Below are positions 27,408 to 38,500 of a DNA stretch of 64,000 nt, piece after piece. How positions within the stretch are numbered: the first letter of the stretch is position 1; each line of letters begins with the position of its first letter. Under the pieces are notes generated by a model. The model was not told the DNA's origin and made no database searches. It saw nothing but the letters and a program-made list of their open reading frames with translations. The position numbers and the translations under genes are program-made. The DNA comes from the human T2T-CHM13v2.0 reference genome, Homo sapiens: assembly GCF_009914755.1 (NCBI RefSeq), contig NC_060929.1; one strand, 5' to 3'.

Positions 27408-30279
27408 CAGGTTAAGTCCTCTTAATCTTACATTCTTGGGATCAGAAATGTTTCTGTTTTTGGATGATTCTGGATTTTGGAATATTTATGTTTACATAAT
27501 GAGATAGCTTGGGGATGGGACTCAAGTCTAAACACAAAATTTGTTTATATTTCACATATACCTTATACACATAGCCTGAAGTAGTTGATATTTGTTTTTT
27601 TTAATCTACCCATCACATCATAGAACCAATTAAATAATAAATGAATGTATTTTATACAAATGTATATATAAATATCAATGCATAAACTTAAATATAAATG
27701 CATATATTTTATAAAATATTTTAAATAATTTTTAACTCAATTGGATGGAAAGAAATAAAATAAAAATAAGAAATAAATTATTTTTTGCATAAAATTAAGT
27801 CTGTGTGCATTGAATCATTAGAAAGCAAAAGTGTCACTATCTCAGCTATCCATGTGGACAATCTGCAGTTGTTTGGCATCACCATTATTCCTGTCTATGA
27901 ATTTATATACTACCAATTAGCAACAATTTTCTTAAACTCATTCATACATATATACTTAACAATGAAAAAGATGATGTATTAATACAGTGAAAACATGTTC
28001 AGGATAATTTAACACACAGTAAAATCACCAGAATAGCATATCAGCTGTTAAACAACAGCAACAAACAAACAATGGTAGCTTTCAGTCTCCAGCTGCAACA
28101 TTGTTATTTGATTAAAAGATTACTGTATACTGTCTTGTTTTTGTTTGTTTGTGTGTGTTTTCTGGTGAGAAGCAACATCAGGAGTAGTTGAGGGACCAGG
28201 AGGTGAAATCTCTAGGGATGAGGAGGCATTCTGCTGGGTGGCTTTTTTAAAATGTTTCTTCCAGAGTCATCTGCCTCATTAACAGCAGTTTCTGTCTTAG
28301 AAGTCTCTCTTTGATTTTATAAGTTGCTGTATGCCTTGTTCTTTTATGACTGGATGCTGCTTTAGTCCTGCAATAAGCCCATTACACATTTTCACCATGT
28401 AGTCCATAGGCAGTTTTTATCTTCATCGTCACTCTCATCAGGGTCACTTTGATTCAGAACCATTTTGGCTATTTCACCATTGGTCAATAAATGAACAACT
28501 GAAACTTCATTATCAATGTTAAAAAATTATTCAATATACATTTCTTCCAGCTTACTGGCAGATTATGAAGGTATACATTCACATATGAAAAAAGGTCAGA
28601 CCTCATTTTTTTTCCTCACTTGACAAGCAGAATCCTTCAAATCACCACCTTGTTCATCATCATCACTGGACATAGACATAGGCCAGAGGTTGTGATAGGC
28701 ACGAGTAAATATATCTTTAGTCAACTGTGTTCCATGTGTTGACAATAGTATGCTTCATGCTAAACTCCTTTTGAAAATCTTCCACACCCTTGCTTCTGTT
28801 CACTGCTGGTAGCATGTTCTATTTCTCTTCATGGATCTAAGGATACCCTGGTCACATGGTTGAATGACCGAAGTCACATTGTCTGGAGAAGTACCAGCAT
28901 AAACATTATTTTTGATGAAAATTTCACTGGAAGATGAATACAACAGTTGTCAGGGAATAGCAAAATCTTCCACTTCTCAGTCATTTCAGCTTCCCTGCTG
29001 TGAGCACAAGCCACTGGCACAAAATATTTATGAAACCAGTTAGAAAAGATGTTCCTGGTAATTCATATCTTTTTGTTAGTATCATAATGGACTGGTAAGA
29101 AATTCAGTAGTTGAAAACAGAAAGAGTACCAGCCTTTGTCTATCACAGAAAGTTTACACATATGCAAGCCACCCGCAATAGCACATCCTACCACAGTTAT
29201 TTTGTCCTTGGAATCCTTAATTCTTATAGGGGCTGTGTCATCAGTTGTAGTCAGTGTCTTTCTGGGCACTAATGCCAAAACAGTAACATTTCATCAGCCT
29301 TACAGACTTGTTCTGGTGTCAGATTTTCATCAGTAATGAGTTTGGGAAATTTATCAATGAATTTCTACACTGCTTTGTAATCAGCAGATGCTTTACCACC
29401 ACCAATTTTTTAAAAAATTAATGTCACATCTTTCCCAAATTTCTGCAACAAGCCTGTTGAATATTCAGTTTCCTTCAATTTTCAGTTCATTGTGATAGAT
29501 CTTTGCTTGTTTCCTGGTGAGTCCACCATTAAGTGTCATGTGTTCATTGGAATGCTGACAAATCCACTCATTCAATACACAATCAAAATCTTCATTTCTA
29601 GCTTTATGCAGAAATGAATACTATTCATTAATTTCTGTTTATCACTTTTGGCATAGAACTTTAACCGTTTATCCTTCTGATTCTTTATTTCATATATATG
29701 GTAGCCATTCCAACAATATACTCTTGTGTAAGATGTTTCACGCCTATACTGCTATTCAGTTTCTCTAACAGCTTGACTTTCTGTGCTGTAAATAAACAAA
29801 AATACCTCCTCTTTTTCTTGTCATTGTTGCCTGTTTGAGCATCTGAAGACTGTTTTGACATTTTGAACAATATCTTTACAGAACAGACAGAAAATAAGCA
29901 AAAACAAAGAAAATAATAAAAACAGTGAATAATGCACACAGGTGTTGGCTCCATGTGGGACATTGTGGGGAACCTGTGTTTGGTGCATCTGGACTGCACA
30001 TGTGTCATTTCATTACCCTTTGTGGGTGGCTTGTATGGGGAAATCTGGACTTGCATGAAAAAGATATGTGTATGTATCACAGCTGAAGGGGGCCAGGAGA
30101 GTCTGTCATCCCTTAGGGATGCTGAAAAAACTGTTTTGTGCACCTGAATTTTGACTGTGACCAGTCACATGAAGTCAGGTGTGAAATGTTAGACTTGTGG
30201 TGTCCTGTCAGTGCTCAAAAACCTTCAGATTTTAGAGCATTTCAGATTTTGGATTTTTAGATTATGAATGCTCTACTTG
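27408..30279 (-). mobile_element. Near full-length Tigger4 (Zombi) pogo-family DNA transposon
   Basis: TA TSDs at 27406-07 and 30280-81; degenerate TIRs CAGGTTAAGT... / ...ATGCTCTACTTG with repeated GATTTT subterminal motifs; minus-strand transposase remnants. Confidence 0.9.
28170..29861 (-). pseudogene. Decayed pogo/Jerky-like transposase (CENP-B HTH + DDE)
   Basis: ATG at 29861 gives MSKQ...KKKRRYFCLFTAQKVKLLEKLNSSIGVKHLTQEYIVGMATIY (Jerky-like HTH); 29063-29278 gives KDSKDKITVVGCAIAGGLHMCKLSVIDK...LPVHY (DDE_1-like); 3' end approximate. Confidence 0.8.
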
Positions 30280-30564
30280 TAGTGATTAGATCACTTTAGA
30301 GGGGAAATTATTACAATTTTTATTTTCAACTCAATGAATGTGATGATAAATTGTATACTATCTCATTCACAAATCTCCATACTTTAAATATTTTGTTATT
30401 CAGTTCTTTTCTCCTATTTGCTAGAACTCTTTCCTTCATTTATGTTATCTTTGAAGTCATAAACCCTCAGGTAGCTGATGAGAAGAAGGATGATTATGTA
30501 TCTTGGTTGCATCATGCCTCAAGATACAACTATCTTTCCTTCCTTGAAACAAACATAAATAATA

Positions 30565-30682
30565 AATATATATGTTGTATGTGTGTATATATATGTTGTA
30601 TATATGTATTTATATATAATATATATACATATATAAATATATGTATATATAATATATATAATAACATATATACATATATATG

Positions 30683-30725
<43 letters not shown>
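30565..30725. repeat. (TA)-rich tract plus (TG)~21 microsatellite
   Basis: Visible dinucleotide repeats. Confidence 0.95.
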
Positions 30726-30731
<6 letters not shown>

Positions 30732-31184
30732 ATGAATACAGAGTGTCAATTTGATTGGACTGAAGGATACAAAGTATTGATCCTGGCTATGTCTGTGAGG
30801 GTGTTGCCAAAGGAGATTAACATTTGGGTCAGTGGGCTGGGGAAGGCAGATCCACCCTTAACTGAGTGGGCACCATCTAATCAGCTGCCAGCGAATATAA
30901 AGCAGAAAGAAAAACGTGAAGAAGAGAGATGAGCCTAGCCTCCCAGCCTACATCTTTCTCTCATGCTGGATGCTTCCTGCTGTTGAAGAAGGGACTCCAA
31001 GTCCTTCAGTTATGGGACTCAGACTGGCTCTCCTTGCTCCCCAGTTTTCAGAAAGCCTATTGTGGGACCTTGTGATCATTTAATACTTAATAAATTCCCA
31101 TATATATATATATATATATATATCTCCTATTAGTTCTGTCCCTCTAAGATAACTCTGACTAATATGACTAATATGACTAATAAA
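30726..31184 (+). mobile_element. MLT2A (MLT2A2-like) 5' LTR of HERV-L provirus 1
   Basis: GAGTGTCAATTTGATTGG...GGAGATTAACATTTG...CTATTAGTTCTGTCCCTCTA; internal (TA)n; directly followed by the PBS region. Confidence 0.9.
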
Positions 31185-33260
31185 GATTTTGGTACCAGGA
31201 GTTCTATAGATTTGGTCCCAGGAGTTTTATATAATATTCTGCTCTAGAGGAACAGAATAAATGCATTTAACACTCCTGATTCACCACTCGTGAGAGGCAA
31301 GGAGTTTAGTGACTCTACACGTAATACCTTTGACCATATGTGGAGAACCAAGGAACATAATGAAGCTGGTTGGTTGCTCCTAAGTACAGTGGACAAAATG
31401 ATGAAAGAAAATGATGAACTCAGGGATTCTGTCTCCTGGCTTCAGAAGCAGATAATGAGCCTCAAATCTGCTAAGATTGCCCTGAGTAAGAGTCTTATCT
31501 CCTGTAGAGAAACAGCTGAAATTGTGGAAAAACAGACAAAAGATCTTACCATGCGAGTGGCTAACCTGCAATGAAAGATGCATGCACAGCCTTGCCAGGT
31601 GTCTACTGTTAAATTGAGGGCACTGATTGTAAAAGAATCGGACTTTGCAACTTGGAATGGGGATGTGTGGGAGGACCCTGATGAAGATGAGGACACTGAG
31701 TTTGTAAACTTTGGTGAAACTTTTTTGCCAGGAGGAACAGCTTCCACATCCCCAGTAGTGGCAACATCCCCTCTCCAACCTATGCTGCCATCAGCCTTTC
31801 CACCCTTCTCTGAGGAGATAAACCCTGTGCTGCCTGAGACAACAGTGATGGCCTCCCTTGAGGCAGTTGCCAGTCAAGATAATGTTGATTCTCCTCATGA
31901 GCCACTCCTAACACCTCTGTTTGCTTCTAGACCTATAACCAGACTAAAGACCTGGCAGGCCCCTAGAGGAGAGGTTGAGCGTGTGACCAATGAGGAGGTG
32001 CACTACACCTGAAAAGAACTGTTTGAATTATCTAATTTACATAAACAGAAATCAGGAGAACAGGCAAGGGAATGGATATTAAAGGTATAGGATAATGGTG
32101 GAAGGAACATACAGTTGGATCAGGCTGAATTTATTGATTTGGGCCCACTAAGTAGGGACTCTGCATTTAATGTTGCAACTCAGGGAGTTAAAAAGATTTT
32201 AATAGTTTATTTGCTTGGTTAGCTAAAATATGGATTAAAAGATGGCCCACTGTGAGTGAGGTGGAAATGCCTGATCTCCCTTGGTTTAATGTAGAGGAAG
32301 AAATCCAAAGGCTTAGGGAAACTGGGATGGTGGAGAGGAATAGTCATTTTACACCTACTCATCCCAGCTGGGAGGGTCTGGAAGATATATCCTTGACAAA
32401 TGTCTTGTGAAATAGATTTGTGAGGGCAGCACCTGAATCTTTGAAGAGCCCTATAATTGCTCTTCTCTGTATGTCAGATCTAATGGTGGGAACTTTAGTC
32501 GCTCAATTACAAAATTTAAATAAAATGGGAATAATTGGATCCCGAGATGGCAGGGGCCAAGTGGTAGCACTCAACTGTCAAAGGCAAGGTGGGCATAGCT
32601 ACTGTAATGAACAGTAGAGGAAAAGCAGCAATCAGAATAGCCTGATTCTCATAGAGCTCCGGCATTGGCTAATTAATCATGGTGTTCCTAGAAGTGAAAT
32701 TTATAGAAAGCCTACTGCATTCCTACTTAGATTATGCAAATAGAAAACTTCTAGGTCAAATGGACAAAAGACTTCTTTGAATTCCTCCACCAGGAAAAAA
32801 CAAAAAACAAAAAACAAGCAAACAAAAAAACCCCATGATCCGCTGAGGTGCTTGCTGAAGGCAAAGGGAATACAGAATGGGCACTAGAAGAAGGTAGTCA
32901 TAAATACCAACTATGACCACGTGACCAGGTGCAGAAACGGGGACTGTAATTGTCATGAGTATTTTCTGCTTCTTTTGCTAAAAACATGTTTGTGCATGTA
33001 TATACTTGTACTATAAAAATATCTTTATTTTATTTCCTTTTCCTTTATCATGTGACATAAGATTTATGGACTTCATATTAGCATTTAAGTATTGTCAACT
33101 TTATGTAATAGTATTTGCTTTGGGGATTGGTGTGTTTCAGGTTGTATGAAAAATAGTTGTATTATGTTAGGCATAATTATGACCTTACAATTGTCTTTAT
33201 TTGAACGTTCTGTATTATCTCAGGAGATGTGTATGGGTTCAAGTTGACAAAGGGTGGACT
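31185..33260 (+). mobile_element. HERV-L internal region: gag remnant with pol and dUTPase deleted
   Basis: PBS region GATTTTGGTACCAGG; gag peptides (AGWLLLS, WNGDVWEDPDE, ASRPITRLK, GIIGSRDGRGQVVALN); jump to the 3' region at about 32783; PPT GTTGACAAAGGGTGGAC. Confidence 0.92.
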
Positions 33261-33639
33261 TATGATTGTTAATACTAGGTGTCAACTTGATTGGATTGAA
33301 GGATGCAAAGTACTGATCTTGCGTGTGTCTGTGCGGGTGCTGCCAAAAGAGATTAACATTTGAGTCAGTGGGCTGGGGAAGGCAGCCACCCCTTAATAGG
33401 GTGGGCACCATCTAATCAGCCACCAGTGAATATAAAGCATGCAGAAAAACATGAAGAGGCAAGACATGCCTAGTCTCCCAGCCCACATCTTTCTCCAGTG
33501 CTGGATGCTTCATGCCCTCAAACATCAGACTTCAAGTTCTTCAGTTTTGAGACTCGGATTGGGTCTTCTTGCTCCTCAGCTTGCAGACAGCCTATTGTGG
33601 GACCTTCTGATTATGTAAGTTAATACTTACTAAACTCCC

Positions 33640-33685
<46 letters not shown>

Positions 33686-33841
33686 TATTTATATATATAT
33701 ATCCTATTTATATATATATATCCTATTTATATATATATATAAGGATATATATATCCTATTTTTATATATATATAAGAATATATATATATATATATGAATA
33801 TATATATATATATATCCTATTAGTTCTGAGCCTCTAAGAGA

Positions 33842-33890
<49 letters not shown>

Positions 33891-33929
33891 TATATCCCAT
33901 TAGTTCTGAGCCTCTAAGAGAACCCTGGC

Positions 33930-33935
<6 letters not shown>
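33261..33935 (+). mobile_element. MLT2A 3' LTR of provirus 1, with expanded (TA)n and a duplicated end
   Basis: Shares GGGCTGGGGAAGG and the short CCAGYGAATATAAA form with the 5' LTR; ATTAGTTCTGAGCCTCTAAGAGA occurs twice. Confidence 0.9.
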
Positions 33936-33973
<38 letters not shown>

Positions 33974-34445
33974 CACACACACATGTGTATATATATGTGC
34001 ACACACATGTGTATATATGTGCACACACATGTGTATATATGTGCACACACATATGTGTATATATGTGTACATATGTATGTGCATGTGTATATACACATGT
34101 GTATACACGTGTATATATACACATGTGTATACACGTGCATATATACACATGTGTATACACGTGTACATGTACACACATGTGTATACACGTATATATATAC
34201 TCATGTGTATACACGTGTATATATGTGTGTGTATATATACACGTGTATATATGTATATATGTGTATCTATGTGTACATATATGTGTGTATGTATATATAT
34301 GTGTACATATATGTGTGTACCATATGTGTGTACACATATGTGTGTTCACATATGTGTACATATGTATATATGTGCATATATATACACATATACACACACA
34401 CATATATATATACACCCATATATATGTGTGTGTGTGTGTGTGTCT
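33936..34445. repeat. (CT)n followed by a ~480-bp complex alternating purine-pyrimidine microsatellite
   Basis: TA/CA/TG/CG dinucleotides with recurring ACACATGTGT and TATACACGTGTATA units. Confidence 0.95.
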
Positions 34446-36469
34446 GTGCTAGGCCACAGAAAAGCATCAATTATCAATTAGCAAGAGAAATACACTCTCT
34501 ATTTTCATAGAACTTGAAAACTTCTAGGAAAGGTAAACTCTAGACCATCACGTAATCAATATATTACAATTGTGATAGTTACACTTCTTACTATCACCCA
34601 ACAAGCCATATATTCTCTTGCTTTAGATAAATTAAACCACTTAAACAATTCACTTATTACTGAACTTTAAAATGCTTTTCCTATTAATATTGACATTTGA
34701 TAAGTTGAAGAAGTACAATATCAACTCACACACAAACAAAATAAAAAAAAAAACACTACCTGGCTATAGACAAAGCTTTTATATACACGTTTGATATTAA
34801 ATGATGAAATTAATAATGAATTACAAAGAGAAAAATAAATAATAATAATTTTTACAGGAATATTTCTAGTTCTGAAAAACTGTAGGAACCATAAGGTATA
34901 AATTTGGAGTGTAGATCATGAAGCTAATGGCAATAAATTGCTACAGAATTTTTTTTAAATAAAAATAATATTACGATGAAACTGTTATGATAAAGAAAGC
35001 TATATTTTATGCATTTTTAAAAGCATCTTTAATTAAGTAGAAAACCAGTGCCCTTGAAATTCATAATATTTGAATAATTGGTGTATATTATATTCTTATT
35101 ATAATGATTTCTCAAAGACAAAGGCCAAATGAATACAAATACATAAAAGACAATAAATTATTGAATATAAGCAACTATATTTTTCATAAAACATATGTTG
35201 TTAATGGAAGAGAAGAAAAAAAGAAATATTTAACCAAGTTCTTGAAGACTTGTTCACAAGGAAGAAATTGGAGAAAGTGAAAATAATATGTGACAAATGG
35301 GCTGAAAGATGAAATGTCTACAATGTCTATGTTTATACCTTTCAATTTAAAAATTAAAAAGTGACAATATTTCTGAGAAAATATTGCCTTCTTTTTAAGC
35401 AAAAACAACATCGCCACAACAAAATCCTAAAAGTGAAGTAACAGTTAGCTACTAGTATAAAATGCATACATGCAGGTATGTTTAAAGGGGAGACTTCCAG
35501 ATACAGTTTTGTGCTGTGGTAGAATACCTGCTTTTTCCTGCTTTTTTCTGGTGCTGATTAGAGAGGATCTTAAGACACAGTCTCCAGTGAAAGAATAAAA
35601 TTGTGCTTTGCAATATCCATAAATACAGGGCAAGAGACTCAAATGTATGCTCTACACATTTTCCCTTTATCCCCACTAATTCAAGTGGAGGCTCTGCCTA
35701 TAGAATAAATAAACAGAGATGGAAAAATACAGAGTTTTTCTTCAAGTTTAATATTCTCACTCTAGTCAGTGTATTTAAAAGAAAGTCTGTGGCTTTATAA
35801 AATTATGGTAGGTAACTCATGGGTTTAGATATTTATTTTTCTCTTGGTTACCTATTTATAGTAATAATTTAATATACATCTGGTAAAAAGAATATTTGAA
35901 TTCAAATTAGAATTCACTTTCACTCGAATATGGTACCCTCATTCAGAATATGACTAATTCCACTAAGCAGTAGACAAATTCCCAGAATCACAACCTACCT
36001 CAACCTATGTGAAAGCAAATTTTTTCTATCCTCTTTATTTGGACACAGACACACATGTGTGCGCACACACACATACAGAGAGCGACAGGGACATACACAA
36101 ATAATTTATTACTATCCCTTGTTCTGGACCCCAATACCTTATTGCTTTTTATGATCTTTCAATTCTTAAATATGTTATTAACTTTTCAGAGTTCTTTATG
36201 TGAATAATACAACTCAATTTATCATTTGTACTTTACAAGAAAAATAAGACTTGGCTTCATATCATATAATATTTTATTTTCACTTTATGACTTATAAAAT
36301 AATTTTATATTCTTGAAATGTAATTTTTGACCAATTTTGAAATGGTCATTGAAATTAAAATACATTCTTAATTTGAAACCCTTTTTTAATGGAACCACAG
36401 AAAGGAATATTGATTAGGGCTTATTAGATATTGAGTTTCCTATTACATTCCATTGCACTTTAATAAGCA

Positions 36470-36865
36470 TCCTCATAAGGCTTTCCAGGATGCAGAGTCT
36501 TTCATTAGAGATCAGCATGGAGAAGGTTTATCAAGGGAGGAATTTGGGATCAACCCCTATTGAAGAGAAAGAATGGAAGCAGAATTGGCCAGAGGGAAAA
36601 ATTAGATAATGATACAGTCTCAGTGAAGGTCTCATATGACACCAAAAGAAAATACAATGTTAGAATAGCCTTTTAGAATTATCCTATGGAAGTCATTGGA
36701 TGGTAGCTTCCTTGAGATTAGACCATCACTTTGGGAGCAGCATCTCTCTTCAGCCAAGATAATTACAGAGAATGTGGACAGTTGAGGGCTCTCTGCTGAC
36801 ATTCTCAACTTTGGTCCTGAAAATGGATGTGGATGGCACATCACAGTGTTGAGTATTGTCCACTC
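36470..36865 (-). mobile_element. LTR16-like ERVL LTR plus the adjacent PPT
   Basis: TTGGGATCAACCCCTATTGAAG...GGAAGCAGAATTGGCCAGAGGGAAAA and GGATGTGGATGGCACATCACAG, followed by GTCCAC. Confidence 0.65.
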
Positions 36866-36934
36866 TCTGTGTATCTCACTAACTCCACCACAGTTTTCGA
36901 AACTCAAACTTGTAAGAGGAAGTTTAGCAGAAGG

Positions 36935-37008
36935 AATGAGGAAAATGTCTTTAGGGCATGTGAGAGGTCATCACGGTTATCTCTAAGCTAAATGGCTAAG
37001 CCTAGGAG
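36935..37008 (+). mobile_element. Short THE1/MST-int-like fragment
   Basis: AATGAGGAAAATGTCTTTAGGGCATGTGAGAGGTCATCACGG resembles MaLR-int AATGGGGAAAATGTCTCCAGGGCATGTCAGAGGTCTTCACGG (recalled consensus). Confidence 0.5.
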
Positions 37009-37009
37009 T

Positions 37010-37756
37010 CAATTAATCTGGAAATTAAGATTACCACCTGGACACTTTGGGCTCCTGCTACCTTTAAGTCAACAGGCTAAGAAGAGAGTTATAGTGTTGG
37101 CTGGGGTGATTGACATGGACTATCAAGATGAAATCAGTGTACAAATCCACAATGGTGGTAAGGAAGAGTATGCATGGAATACAGGAAATCCATTAGGACA
37201 TCTCTTAGTGTTACCATGCCCTGTGATTAAGGTCAATGAGAAATTACAACAGCCCAGTCCAGGCAGGGCTACAAATGACCCAGGCCCTTCAGGTTTGGAG
37301 CTTTGTGTTGCTCCACCAGGAAGAAAAAAAAAAAAATATGGCTTGCTGAAGTGCTTACTGAAGGCAAAGGAAATACAGAATGGGTAGTAGAAGAAGGTAG
37401 TTATTAATACCAACTATGACCACATGACCAGTTGCAGAAAAGAGCACTGTAATTGTCATGAGTATTTTCTCCTTTTTTTATTAGAAACATGTTTGTGTAT
37501 GTATACACTTGTTCTAAGAAAATATCTTTATTTTATTCCTTTATCATGTGACATAGGATTTACTGACTTCATATCAGCATTTAAGTATTGTTAACTTTAT
37601 GTAATAGCATTTGGGTTGGGGATTGGTGCGTTTCCAGTAGTACAAAGGATAGTTGTATTATGTTAGGTGTAATTATGACCTCATTGTTGTCTTTATTTGA
37701 GGATTACATATGATCTAAGGAGATGTGTATGGGTTCAAGTTGACAAGAGGTGGACT
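37010..37756 (+). mobile_element. HERV-L internal 3' fragment (dUTPase remnant to PPT), provirus 2
   Basis: ORF 36992-37387: WKLRLPPGHFGLLLPLSQQAKKRVIVLAGVIDMDYQDEI, a HERV-L dUTPase; PPT GTTGACAAGAGGTGGAC. Confidence 0.92.
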
Positions 37757-38225
37757 TATGGTGGTTAATACTGAGTGTCAACTTCATCGGATTGAAAGGT
37801 GCAAGTATTGATCCTGGGTGTGTCTGTGAGGGTGTTGCCTTAGGAGATTAACATTTGAGTCAGTGGACTGGGAAAGGCAGACCCACCCTTAATCTGGGTA
37901 GGCACCATCTAATCAGCTGCTAGCACAGCTAGAATATAAAGCAGGCAGAAAAATGCGAAAGGGCTAACTTGGCTTAGCGTCTCAGTCTATATCTTTCTCC
38001 TGTGCTGGATGCTTCCTGTGCTGGAACATCAGACCCCAAGTTCTTCATCTTTGGTACTCGGACTGGCTCTCCTTGCTCCTCAGCTTGCAGACAGCCTATC
38101 GTGGGACCTTGTGATCATGTAGGTTAATACTTAATAAACTCCCCTTTATATATGTATATATACACACATACACATTTATGTATATCCTATTAGTTCTGTC
38201 CCTCTAGAGAATCCTGACTAATACA
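37757..38225 (+). mobile_element. MLT2A 3' LTR of provirus 2
   Basis: GGTTAATACTGAGTGTCAAC near the start; complete end CTAGAGAATCCTGACTAATACA; carries GCACAGCTAG, which is absent from the other two LTRs. Confidence 0.92.
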
Positions 38226-38500
38226 CCTTGCAAGGTAAAGAAAGCCTTCACATATGGGGCCTCAGATCATTTGCCCTCGTGTTTACAGAAAAGGTCCAAC
38301 TGCAGAATGGTATCAAAATAAATGGTTCTTTCCTGAGGCCAAGACACTCCTTCCTTCAGATCATAATTTGGCCAAAGCTTTGTGTAAAGGGCTGTGAGGC
38401 ATTTTTCCATCAGAGTTTAAGGGTCAAAGCAGTCCCAGTGATTCAGGATGCACTCCAGAGGAGTATAGACTGAGGGTTGTGAAGATAGTTGGTTGCTCAT
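38226..38500 (-). pseudogene. ERV1 Gag matrix remnant (91 codons, 2 stops)
   Basis: Hand translation from ATG 38500: MSNQLSSQPSVYTPLECILNHWDCFDP*TLMEKCLTALYTKLWPNYDLKEGVSWPQERTIYFDTILQLDLFCKHEGK*SEAPYVKAFFTLQ, matching HERV-W/ERV9-type MA motifs (TPLxCIL..W..FDP, TILQLDLFC..EGKWSE.PYV). Confidence 0.85.

Noticed and set aside
30351-30932. 193-aa ORF
   Set aside because: Runs through (TA)n/(TG)n into an MLT2A LTR; compositional artefact.
33820-34510. Seven overlapping 67-175 aa ORFs rich in Y/I/C/V/H/T
   Set aside because: Translation of an alternating RY microsatellite, which cannot contain stop codons; not evidence of coding.
36992-37387. Functional dUTPase gene
   Set aside because: The N-terminus is missing because of the junction at about 37010, the ATG comes from unrelated sequence, and the frame shifts at the A run.
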